DNA of 64,000 nucleotides from Acidobacteriota bacterium (GCA_044507065.1 JBIQJY010000002.1:33482-97481), one strand, 5' to 3'. Positions 22,133-30,357 are shown, numbered from the stretch's first letter. Notes: generated by a model not told the origin, from the letters alone. A program made the numbers and translations.

Positions 22133-22389
22133 GGTTCTGTTCCGTTTCCGCCGGACACCGGCGGAAGAAAGGCGACCTCGTCGCCATCATTGATCGGCGC
22201 ATCCATCGCCGAGAAGTCGTCGTTGACGGCGCACGACACGCTGCCGTCGAGCACGGCAATGGCCGGATAGGCCTGCACGCAGGCACGCCAGACGTCGCGG
22301 ACCGTCCCGCCGTCGGGCACCTCGCAGGCGTGCTGGCGCGAGCCGATCAGGTCGCGCAGCCGGGCGTAGAAGCGGACCGTTACGCGCAC
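22129..22389 (-). CDS. moaD: MoaD/ThiS-family sulfur-carrier protein with a C-terminal extension
   Basis: 86 aa with a canonical MoaD end ...GDEVAFLPPVSGG, followed by 5 extra residues NGTEP. The stop overlaps the prfA ATG (ATGA). Confidence 0.8.
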   Translation of the reverse strand: MRVTVRFYARLRDLIGSRQHACEVPDGGTVRDVWRACVQAYPAIAVLDGSVSCAVNDDFSAMDAPINDGDEVAFLPPVSGGNGTEP

Positions 22390-22874
22390 GCGCGCTCCAG
22401 GGCCTGCCGCCGCAGGTCGTCGTTCGAGGGGTCGGCCAGCGGGCCTTCCACCCAGGCGTCACCGTCCTCGAAGAACTCGTGTTTCCACACCGGGGCAATC
22501 TGTTTCACGCGCTCGATCCCGTACCGGCAGACCTGGAACGATTCGGCCCGGTGCGCGGCTGCCGCCGCGATGGCCACGCTGGCCTCGCCAATCTCGAGCC
22601 GGCCAATGCGGTGGTGAATCGCCAGCACGGCATGCGGCCAGCGCTCGGCGACCTCCCGGGCGATGTGTTCGAAGGCGCGCACCGCCAGCGCGATATGGGC
22701 CTCGTATTCGAGGTGCCGCACCGCGCGACCCTGGTGCGTGGCGCGCACGACGCCGACAAACGTGCACACCGCGCCAATGCCCTCGTCGCGCGTGCGACCG
22801 GCCGTTTCGACGTGCGCGACCAGGGGCTCGAGTGCGATGGGATCGATTGACACGGCCAACGGCCGGAATGCCAT
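22380..22874 (-). CDS. moaE: molybdopterin synthase catalytic subunit
   Basis: Start moved to MAFRPLAVSIDPI (22874). MoaE-like core FVGVVR...V.HLEYEAH..., IHHRIGRLEIGEASVAIAAAAAHRAESF...IERVKQIAPVWKHEFF. Confidence 0.85.
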   Translation of the reverse strand: MAFRPLAVSIDPIALEPLVAHVETAGRTRDEGIGAVCTFVGVVRATHQGRAVRHLEYEAHIALAVRAFEHIAREVAERWPHAVLAIHHRIGRLEIGEASVAIAAAAAHRAESFQVCRYGIERVKQIAPVWKHEFFEDGDAWVEGPLADPSNDDLRRQALERACA

Positions 22875-22902
22875 CCTCTGAGTGTACTGCGGGACCGCGC
22901 CG

Positions 22903-23691
22903 CTACGGATCGAGCAGCGCGGCGCCCCACGCAAGCGGCCCGTGACCGTGCCCGAGGCCCGGGGCGCGTTCGATGGCGCGCGTGACGTAGGTTTTCGCAC
23001 CGCGGACCGCATCGATCAACGGTTCGCCGCGCGCGAGCCTCGCCGCAATGGCCGCGGCCAGCGTGCACCCGGTTCCGTGCGTGTGCACCGTATCGATGCG
23101 CGGCCCCGCGATCTCGGTGACCGTCGTGCCGTCGTCGAGCACGTCGATGGCGGGACCATCGAGATGGCCACCCTTCACGAGGCAGGCCCGGGCTCCGAGT
23201 TCCACCAGCCGGCGTGCGGCGAGCCGGGCCTCGGCGATCGTAGCCACGCGCAGGCCCGTCAGGGCCTCGGCCTCCGGCACGTTTGCCGTGACGAGCGCGG
23301 CCAGCGGAAGGTGACGGCGCCGAATGGTGTCGACGGCCGCCTCGTCGAGCAGGCGCGCGCCACCTTTCGCCACCATGACCGTGTCGAGGACGACGGGATG
23401 GAGATCGTGCCGCTCGAGGGCGTCGGCGACTGCCGCGGCGATCTCCGCGCTGGCAAGCATGCCGATCTTCACGGCGTCGGCGCCGAGGTCGGAGACCACC
23501 GCGTCGATCTGCGCGACGACCATGGCCGCCGGCACGGCGTGCACCTGGGTGACGCCGCGCGTGTTCTGTGCCGTGAGCGCCGTGATGGCGCTCGTGCCGA
23601 ACACGCCATGCACGGCAAAGGTTTTCAGGTCGGCCTGGATGCCGGCGCCGCCGCTGGAATCGCTGCCGGCAATCGTGAGCGCGGTCTTCAT
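22903..23691 (-). CDS. thiD: hydroxymethylpyrimidine/phosphomethylpyrimidine kinase
   Basis: 262 aa with [26 protein letters not shown] and [15 protein letters not shown]. Confidence 0.93.
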   Translation of the reverse strand: MKTALTIAGSDSSGGAGIQADLKTFAVHGVFGTSAITALTAQNTRGVTQVHAVPAAMVVAQIDAVVSDLGADAVKIGMLASAEIAAAVADALERHDLHPVVLDTVMVAKGGARLLDEAAVDTIRRRHLPLAALVTANVPEAEALTGLRVATIAEARLAARRLVELGARACLVKGGHLDGPAIDVLDDGTTVTEIAGPRIDTVHTHGTGCTLAAAIAARLARGEPLIDAVRGAKTYVTRAIERAPGLGHGHGPLAWGAALLDP

Positions 23692-24359
23692 CGTCCGAAA
23701 ATCAACATGTACTGGTAACGCAGCGTCAGATCGTCGCGCAGCAGCCGCAGGCCTGCCTTCTCGGCGTCTCGTTTGATGTCCTCGGGGTCGGCGCGGTCGG
23801 CCGGCGGTGGGCCCGGCCCGCCCACACCGTCCCGCTTGAAGTCGACGATGCCCAGGCGCCCGTGTGGCGCCAGCGCGCGCGCCACGTGCCGCAGGATCGA
23901 CACTGGGTCTTCGAACGCGGGGTACGTGTCGACGACAAGCACCGCGTCGAGGTTCTCGGGCAGGTGCGGATCGGTGTAGGTGCCGAGAATCGTCTCGACG
24001 TTGGTCAGCCGCTGATTGACCACGCGCTGCTTGATCGATTCGATCATCTCGGGCTGCACGTCTTCCGCGTACACGCGCCCGTTGGGTCCGACGCGTTGTG
24101 CCAGCCGGATCGTGAACCAGCCGCCCCCGGCCCCGAGATCGGCCACCCGGGAGCCGTCGGCGACGAGCAGCGCGTCCATGATGCGATCGGGTTCCTGCCA
24201 GTCGTCGCGATCCGGGCTCTCGAGAATACCGAGATCCTCCGGCGCGAACAGCCGGCCGTGCGCTGGCGGCTGCGACGGCGCGTCGGGCGTCGACTGCGCG
24301 GTCAGCCGGAGGCCGACGGCCGCGCAGGCGAGCAGGACGAGGAGGCTTCCCCGCAGCAT
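23688..24359 (-). CDS. class I SAM-dependent methyltransferase with an N-terminal signal peptide
   Basis: 223 aa. Hydrophobic leader [22 protein letters not shown], then SAM motif [13 protein letters not shown], then RVYAEDVQ. Confidence 0.85.
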   Translation of the reverse strand: MLRGSLLVLLACAAVGLRLTAQSTPDAPSQPPAHGRLFAPEDLGILESPDRDDWQEPDRIMDALLVADGSRVADLGAGGGWFTIRLAQRVGPNGRVYAEDVQPEMIESIKQRVVNQRLTNVETILGTYTDPHLPENLDAVLVVDTYPAFEDPVSILRHVARALAPHGRLGIVDFKRDGVGGPGPPPADRADPEDIKRDAEKAGLRLLRDDLTLRYQYMLIFGR

Positions 24360-24360
24360 G

Positions 24361-25974
24361 TCAGTTCAGACTGCTCAACACGTGTTCCAGCCGCGTGACG
24401 ACGTCGGCCGATGGGCTGTCGAAGTGGCAGTGAATGACGTGCCGCCCGCCGGCGACCAGGGCATCGAAGTCGCCGAACGCCTGTGCGTGCTTGAGGGTAC
24501 TGAACGTATAGCCGGCGCCGGGCACGGGAGTCGACGTGGCGTCGCCCGATGTGACGAGCACGAACACGCCGGTGTTGGGCCCGCCCTTGTGGTACTGACC
24601 CGTCGAGTGCAGGTACCGCGGACCAATACCGTGCGTACTGGCGAGGCTCAGGCGGCTGCGGATCGATGCGCGCAGGCGCGTGATCGCGATCGCGCGCGAC
24701 GGATCGGCCGGCAGATAGTCGAGGATGGCCACGTAGGCGTTGGCCGGGCGCGCGCCTCCCGTGCCCGCGTATTCGCGCCGCGAATAGAGCGGCGTGTCGA
24801 CGAGCGGTGGTTCGATGCGGAACCCACCGGTGGCCAGATAGGCGTCGAGCTGGGCCTGTGTGCGCTGCTTGGCGCTGCGCACGTCGGGCTCGTCGAACGG
24901 GTTGATGCCCAGGACGGCGCCCGCCACCGCCGTGGCGAACTCCCAGCGAAAGAACTCGGCGCCGAGGTTCTCCGGCGTGGTCTCGATTCGGAACACGGGA
25001 TGTCCCGCGGTCTCGGCCGCGTCGGCCAGGCGGGCCGTCTCGGCGTCACCAGGGGCGAGGATCGCGACAACGACCCGGTCCTGGCCGTACTGGGACGCCG
25101 GGCCGATGGGCTCTCCGATCACGGGGAGGAGGCCGCGACCCTGCTTGCCGGTACTTTCGGCCACCAGTTGTTCGATCCAAGGGCCCAGCGACTGAAGCCC
25201 GGGCGACATGATGAGCGTCAGCTTGTCCCGGCCGGCTGCGGCATGGACACCCATGAACACGCCCAGGCGGAGGCCCGGGTTGGCGGGCGAGTCCTGCCGA
25301 CACAGGTCGGACATCTCGCGTGCGGAGGCGAGGAGGGTGCCTTCCGAGATCCCGACCAGGGCCGCGGGAACGAGTCCGAACATCGACAGTGCCGAATAAC
25401 GACCGCCGATGTCCGGGGGATTCAGGAACGTGTGACGGTACCCCTGGGCTGCCGCGTGGTCGACCAGGGCGGTCCCCGGGTCGGTAATCGCCGCGAAGTG
25501 CCGCCCGGGGGCGGGGACAGCGGCGGCCATGACCCCGTGGAAATACCGTTCCAGCGAGGTGACCTCCAGGGTCGACCCGCTCTTGCTGGCCACGAGGAAA
25601 CACGTGCGTTCCGGGACGATCGCATCGGTGGCCGCGCGTATCGCGTGCTCGTCGGTCGTGTCGAGGACGACGAGCCGATTGGCATGGCCGGGTACACCCA
25701 GGACGTCGCGCAGCACCTCGGCGCACAGGCTGCTGCCGCCCATGCCAAGCAGGTAGAAATCGGTCAGTCCGTCGTCGGCGGTGGCCCGGCGGAACTCGGC
25801 GATCTCGGCCGCCCGGGCCGACATGTTTTCGGGGGCGGCAAGCCACCCGAGGCGATTGAGGATGGCGTCGTTGACGGCCTGGGGCGCGTCCGGGCCCACA
25901 AAAGCGGCCGGTTCGCGGTTCCAGATGCGGGAGGCGAGGCGGGCAACGGCGTGGGCGGCGAGCGTCTGGTCCAT
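24361..25974 (-). CDS. pgi: glucose-6-phosphate isomerase (SIS-domain PGI)
   Basis: Start moved to MDQTLAAHAV (25974). GMGGSSL, VASKSGSTLE and GGRYSALS motifs. The 59 upstream codons look non-coding. Confidence 0.85.
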   Translation of the reverse strand: MDQTLAAHAVARLASRIWNREPAAFVGPDAPQAVNDAILNRLGWLAAPENMSARAAEIAEFRRATADDGLTDFYLLGMGGSSLCAEVLRDVLGVPGHANRLVVLDTTDEHAIRAATDAIVPERTCFLVASKSGSTLEVTSLERYFHGVMAAAVPAPGRHFAAITDPGTALVDHAAAQGYRHTFLNPPDIGGRYSALSMFGLVPAALVGISEGTLLASAREMSDLCRQDSPANPGLRLGVFMGVHAAAGRDKLTLIMSPGLQSLGPWIEQLVAESTGKQGRGLLPVIGEPIGPASQYGQDRVVVAILAPGDAETARLADAAETAGHPVFRIETTPENLGAEFFRWEFATAVAGAVLGINPFDEPDVRSAKQRTQAQLDAYLATGGFRIEPPLVDTPLYSRREYAGTGGARPANAYVAILDYLPADPSRAIAITRLRASIRSRLSLASTHGIGPRYLHSTGQYHKGGPNTGVFVLVTSGDATSTPVPGAGYTFSTLKHAQAFGDFDALVAGGRHVIHCHFDSPSADVVTRLEHVLSSLN

Positions 25975-26057
25975 CGAGTCCTTGCGGGGTTTCCGGGGAC
26001 CGCCACCGGGCGGCCGCCCCACAGCATAACCAACCTGACCGGGACGGCCTAAATGAG

Positions 26058-26078
26058 ACGGGACGGCGCGCGTCCCGT
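26058..26078. promoter_or_regulatory. operator-like palindrome overlapping the erpA promoter
   Basis: ACGGGACG-N5-CGTCCCGT: perfect 8-bp inverted arms with a 5-nt spacer. The last base is the first T of the erpA TATAAT box. Confidence 0.35.
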
Positions 26079-26083
26079 ATAAT
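26078..26083 (+). promoter_or_regulatory. -10 box placed for a leaderless erpA mRNA
   Basis: Consensus TATAAT ends 6 nt before the erpA ATG (26090). No SD is present. Confidence 0.4.
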
Positions 26084-26089
26084 CGAACA

Positions 26090-26419
26090 ATGATCAACGT
26101 GACCGAAACGGCGGCGGAGAAGATCAACGAACTGCTGGCGGAGGAAGCCAAAGTCGGCGCCGGGCTGCGCGTCTTCGTGCAGGGCGGCGGCTGTTCCGGT
26201 TTCCAGTATGGCCTGATGATCGACGAGGGCGAAGGCGACGCGGAGTCGGATCAGGTGTTCGAAGTTCAGGGCGTGCGCCTGTTCGTCGATCCGATCAGCC
26301 TGCGCTACCTGAATGGCGCCGAGGTCGACTTCGTCAGCAACAACATGGGCGGCGGCTTCACCATCAAGAATCCGAACGCCAAGTCGACCTGCGGCTGCGG
26401 CTCGTCGTTCAGCGCGTAA
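26090..26419 (+). CDS. erpA: iron-sulfur cluster insertion protein (A-type carrier, HesB/IscA family)
   Basis: 109 aa with GGGCSGFQY and the C-terminal CGCGSSF signature. Confidence 0.92.
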   Translation: MINVTETAAEKINELLAEEAKVGAGLRVFVQGGGCSGFQYGLMIDEGEGDAESDQVFEVQGVRLFVDPISLRYLNGAEVDFVSNNMGGGFTIKNPNAKSTCGCGSSFSA

Positions 26420-26516
26420 CGTTCCACGGAAGCGGGGCGCGCGGCGCGTGTCCCGCTCGAGTCCGTGGTGTCCCTGCGTCCCCGCATGGTCTTCACGACC
26501 GAAGGCCGATTCGCCG

Positions 26517-27542
26517 ATGCTGTCTCCGTCTCAATTCGTCGAAACCCACCGGCCTGCCGGAGGCCGCCGCTCGAGCAAGCGCGACTTCATCGTCGATGTC
26601 TTCCTGCGCCAGAGCGGTCACCTCGGGGCCGATGAACTTGTCTCGCTGATCCGCGCGGAAGACACCCGGATCAGCCGCGCGACGATCTACCGGACGCTGC
26701 AGTGGATGGTCGATGCCGGCATCGCCAGGCGCGTGGATTTCGGCGACGGCAAGTTCCGCTTCGAACACTCGTATCGCCACCCGCGTCACTTCCACCTGAT
26801 CTGCAAGTCGTGCCAGCAGTCGTTCGAGTTCCTCAGCTCCGACATCGAGGTGCTGATCGAGGACGTCGCCACGGCGCGCCGATTCACGCCGTCCGAGAGC
26901 GTGTTGCAGATCTATGGCGTCTGCGAGCAGTGCCAGACGGGTCTTGCTTCGTCGACGCCGCGTGTGCCCCTCGAACTGGTCTTTGCCCGCGATGCATTGC
27001 GCGTGGCCATTGCCACCGAACGCAGCGGCCTGGCGTTCTACACCCGCGCGGCGCGGCTTGCGCGTGATCCCCGCGGCAAGCGGGTCTTCGAAAAGCTTGC
27101 CGGTGAAGAGCGTGAACACCTTGCCACCCTCGAGGCGCGGTACAGGGAGTTGACGACGGCGGAACCCCTGCTCGAGTCGCAGCCCGCGTTCCTGTTCTTC
27201 AAGAGTGCGTCGAATGGGCTGTTTGCCGCCGGCGTCGAGGAACTGAGCGCGCCGGGCGTCGACGACCGCGAGGCGCTGCGCATCGGGATCCGCTGCGAAC
27301 GGGCCTCGCACCGGTTCTTCAAGCAGTATGGGGAGCGGTTCGAGGAATCCGAAGGGAAGCGTATCTTCCTGGAGTTTGCCGACGAGGAACGCGATCACTT
27401 CGAACTGCTCGTGCGCGAATTCCGGTCGCTCGTCGCGCGCCAGCGCGCCCGCCGCGATCGACGACGTCCCGCGACGACGGCGTCGGTGACGCAACGGGCT
27501 CGAACGGCGCCAGCCGCCGCGGCGCGGGCCAGGCGCCGGTGA
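26517..27542 (+). CDS. Fur-family transcriptional regulator fused to a rubrerythrin/ferritin-like diiron domain
   Basis: Start moved to MLSPSQFVE (26517), giving 341 aa. Residues 1-140 are a Fur fold: wHTH ISRATIYRTLQWMVDAG, HPRHFHLICKSC, and a second CEQC pair. Residues ~150-300 carry two E...ExxH half-sites (ATERSG...AGEEREH and RCERASH...ADEERDH). Arg-rich tail. Confidence 0.8.
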   Translation: MLSPSQFVETHRPAGGRRSSKRDFIVDVFLRQSGHLGADELVSLIRAEDTRISRATIYRTLQWMVDAGIARRVDFGDGKFRFEHSYRHPRHFHLICKSCQQSFEFLSSDIEVLIEDVATARRFTPSESVLQIYGVCEQCQTGLASSTPRVPLELVFARDALRVAIATERSGLAFYTRAARLARDPRGKRVFEKLAGEEREHLATLEARYRELTTAEPLLESQPAFLFFKSASNGLFAAGVEELSAPGVDDREALRIGIRCERASHRFFKQYGERFEESEGKRIFLEFADEERDHFELLVREFRSLVARQRARRDRRRPATTASVTQRARTAPAAAARARRR

Positions 27543-28372
27543 TCGACCTTCACGCGCACACCACGGCGTCGGACGGCCGATCGGCGCCGCATGCGCTCGT
27601 CGACGAAGCCATCGCCGCCGGCTGCGTCGTCCTCGCTGTTACCGATCACGATACGGTGGCCGGCATTGCGTCGGCGCGGCAGGCCGCGGCAGCCGCCGGA
27701 CTGCGCCTCGTCGATGGCATCGAGATGTCGGCCGTTGCCGATGGCGTCGACCTGCACATCCTCGGCTACTTCATCGACGTCGACGACGAATCGCTCGGCG
27801 CATTCCTCCGCCGACAGCGCGAGCAGCGGATCGATCGCGTGCGCGCCATTGGCGATCGGCTCGCACGCGCGGGCGTGCCGGTCGATACGGAAGCCATCGT
27901 GGCGGCGGCGATTGGGTCAGGACGCGCCGTGGGACGGCCCGCCATCGCCCAGGCGCTCATCGCCGCGGGCCACGCGGTCGACGTGCCCGACGCGTTCGCA
28001 CGGTATCTGTCGATAGGCCGCCCCGGCTACGCGCCGCGGGCGGGGGCGCCGCCCGCTGACGTCATCGCGCGGATCCGTGCGGCCGGCGGCATCGCCTCGA
28101 TCGCGCATCCGGGCAAGACGCGCCGCGACGAGCTCATCCCGTCGCTCGTCGACGCCGGTCTCGGCGCCATCGAGGCGTACCACACCGACCACACCGTGGC
28201 CGACGTTGTCCGCTACCAGACGATGGCCGATCGGCTCGGTGTCGTTGTCAGCGGCGGGTCGGACTATCACGGGCCCGGCAGCGGCCGCACGCAGGGACTG
28301 GGGCTCGTCGGGCTGCCCCCGGCGGCCTTCGAGCGCCTCGTCGAGCGCGCGGACCACCTGCGACGGCAATGA
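27539..28372 (+). CDS. PHP-domain metal-dependent phosphoesterase (TrpH/YciV-like)
   Basis: 277 aa with MIDLHAHTTASDG, AVTDHDT and IAHPG. The GTG start overlaps the stop of the Fur-fusion gene (GTGA). Confidence 0.88.
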   Translation: MIDLHAHTTASDGRSAPHALVDEAIAAGCVVLAVTDHDTVAGIASARQAAAAAGLRLVDGIEMSAVADGVDLHILGYFIDVDDESLGAFLRRQREQRIDRVRAIGDRLARAGVPVDTEAIVAAAIGSGRAVGRPAIAQALIAAGHAVDVPDAFARYLSIGRPGYAPRAGAPPADVIARIRAAGGIASIAHPGKTRRDELIPSLVDAGLGAIEAYHTDHTVADVVRYQTMADRLGVVVSGGSDYHGPGSGRTQGLGLVGLPPAAFERLVERADHLRRQ

Positions 28373-29091
28373 CGACGGCAGGGGTGCCGCTCATCGAGAT
28401 GCGCGGCGTGACGAAGGATCACGGCGGCAGCCAGCCCCTCCGCGTCCTGGCGCTGGCCGTCAGTGACGATCACCGCCTGGTGCTGTCGGGTCTCGATCCG
28501 GCGGCGGCCGAGACGTTCTTTCACCTCGTCAGCGGCGCCGCGGTGCCCGACGAGGGGCACGTGAGCGTGGACGGCGTCGATACGCGCACGATTCGCACCG
28601 ATACCGAATGGCTGGTGTCGCTCGATCGATTCGGGTTCATGACGCATCGCGCCGCGTTGCTCGAGTCGCTCGACGTGGCGGCCAACCTGGCCCTGCCGAT
28701 GACCCTCGAAGTCGAGCCGATGCCGCCATCGGTCCTGCGGCAGGTGCAGGGGCTCGCCGATGACGTCGGCCTGACGCGGGCGCAGCTGGCGCAGGCCGTT
28801 GGCGCGCTCGACGCGCTGGCGCGCGCCCGGCTCCACCTGGCGCGGGCGCTGGCCGTACGTCCGCGGTTGCTGCTGCTCGAGCATCCGACCGAGGGGCTGC
28901 GCAGCGATGCCGAGCGCCAGGCGTTCGGGCACGCGTTGCGGCACGTGGGCGAGCACCATCGAGTGGGCTGGATCGCGCTCAGCGACGATTTGGTGTTCGC
29001 ACGGGCGTCAGGCGCCACCCATCGGCGGTTGCTGTCATCGAGTGGCCGGATCGTGCGTGCGCGTGCGTTCTGGCCGTGGAACTGGAAGTAG
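28369..29091 (+). CDS. ABC-ATPase-fold protein with degenerate catalytic motifs
   Basis: 240 aa that aligns by eye to FtsE/LolD-type NBDs (LIEMRGVTKDHGG...GHVSVDGVDT...ALLESLDVAANLALP...ARALAVRPRLLLLEHPTEGL). Walker A is replaced by SGLDPAAAET, LSGGQ by LDALARA, Walker B DE by EH, and the H-loop by SDD. ATGA overlap with the PHP gene. Confidence 0.7.
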   Translation: MTTAGVPLIEMRGVTKDHGGSQPLRVLALAVSDDHRLVLSGLDPAAAETFFHLVSGAAVPDEGHVSVDGVDTRTIRTDTEWLVSLDRFGFMTHRAALLESLDVAANLALPMTLEVEPMPPSVLRQVQGLADDVGLTRAQLAQAVGALDALARARLHLARALAVRPRLLLLEHPTEGLRSDAERQAFGHALRHVGEHHRVGWIALSDDLVFARASGATHRRLLSSSGRIVRARAFWPWNWK

Positions 29092-29110
29092 ATCGATTCG
29101 TGGAGATGTA

Positions 29111-29821
29111 ATGTCGCTCGCGCAGACGGTTCTTGTACTTTTCGATATCGACGGCACGCTCGTCGACACCACGGGCGCCGGCGTTCGCGGCATGAACACG
29201 GCATTCGAGCGGCTGCACGGCCGTCCGGCGGCGCTCTCGGGCGTTGCGGTGGCGGGGCGAACGGATCTGGCCATCCTGACCGAAATCTATGGCGCCAGCG
29301 GCATCGGCTTCGAGGAGGCCCATGTGCCGACGCTGCGTGACGCCTATCTCGACGAACTGCGCCGCGAGATGTCGCAGGACGCCGGCGCGGGGTTCGGCGT
29401 GCTGCCCGGCGTGCACGCCGCGCTCGATGCGCTCGATGCCGACCCGTCGTTCACGCTCGGCCTGCTCACCGGCAACTTTGCGGGTGGTGCGGAGATCAAG
29501 CTTGGACATTTCGATTTGTGGCGACGGTTCCGGCTCGGCGCGTTCGGCGACGCGCATACGAACCGGCGTGACCTGGTGCCGGTCGCGCTGGAACGGGCGC
29601 GCGAGCACGGTCTCGAGCCATCGCACGTGATTGTGGTGGGGGACACGCCGCTCGACGTGGACTGCGCGCATGCCAATGGCGCCATGGCCGTGGCGGTGGC
29701 AACCGGCCACTACGATGCGGACCAGCTGGCGGCAACCGGTGCGGAACTCGTCGTCGAGACGCTGGACGCACTGGAACCGATTACGGCGTGTCTGAGTGCG
29801 TTGTGTGCGGCGGCTCGGTGA
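29111..29821 (+). CDS. HAD-IA family hydrolase (phosphoglycolate-phosphatase-like)
   Basis: Start moved to MSLAQTVLVLFDIDGTLVDT (29111). Motif IV VVGDTPLDVDCAHANG. GGAG SD upstream. Confidence 0.85.
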   Translation: MSLAQTVLVLFDIDGTLVDTTGAGVRGMNTAFERLHGRPAALSGVAVAGRTDLAILTEIYGASGIGFEEAHVPTLRDAYLDELRREMSQDAGAGFGVLPGVHAALDALDADPSFTLGLLTGNFAGGAEIKLGHFDLWRRFRLGAFGDAHTNRRDLVPVALERAREHGLEPSHVIVVGDTPLDVDCAHANGAMAVAVATGHYDADQLAATGAELVVETLDALEPITACLSALCAAAR

Positions 29822-29962
29822 CCTGTGTGGTCAGGCGGCTGAGCGCCCGCGGAGGGACGCAGGCGGTCAATCGTACGGTCGGGCTTCGAATCGCCGATGA
29901 GAGGCGAAGGCGTCGGCCTGTGCCGGGGCGGCATGGGCGGCGCGGCACAGGCGACGGGTTCG

Positions 29963-30169
29963 CTAGCTGTCGAGAAGGCGGACGTCGGCGGCTCGCGGTC
30001 CTTTCGGAGAGTCCTCGTTGGTGAACTCGACGCGCTGGCCTTCCCGCAGCAACTCGAATACCGCACCACGTACGGACGAACGATGAAAGAAATGCTCCAC
30101 GCCACTTTCGTCGCGAATGAAGCCGAACCCTTTGTCGATCAATAGTCGTGCAATCGTGCCACTGGGCAT
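29963..30169 (-). CDS. cold-shock domain protein
   Basis: 68 aa from MPSGTIARLLIDKGFGFI (RNP-1-like KGFGFI) to HFFH. AAGGAA SD upstream. The 22 upstream codons of the ORF are excluded. Confidence 0.92.
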   Translation of the reverse strand: MPSGTIARLLIDKGFGFIRDESGVEHFFHRSSVRGAVFELLREGQRVEFTNEDSPKGPRAADVRLLDS

Positions 30170-30357
30170 GATTGTTCCTTTGACGAGAGGCCGGTGCCTC
30201 GAGTTGATGGTGTGAACAGGCGCCAGTCTAGGCACGGACCTCCGGCCAAGTCAAGCCGGCGTGCGCGCTGTGGCCGCCGGCCGCGGCGCCCGATTCGGGG
30301 CGCTTTGACGCCGGCCGGCTCCCGCCGTATACTTGAGCGTTCCAGCGTTCGACGCAT

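Noticed and set aside
28799-29110. A 104-codon N-terminal extension of the second HAD hydrolase ORF (340 aa).
   Set aside because: It overlaps the ABC-like gene in another frame with Arg/Cys/Trp-rich translation. The HAD motif I (DIDGT) follows directly after the ATG at 29111, which has its own SD.
29916-29952. A 10-bp perfect inverted repeat (GCCTGTGCCG ... CGGCACAGGC, 17-nt loop) between the convergent HAD and csp genes, possibly a bidirectional terminator.
   Set aside because: No U-tract follows on either strand. It may still aid termination, but I cannot support calling it an intrinsic terminator.
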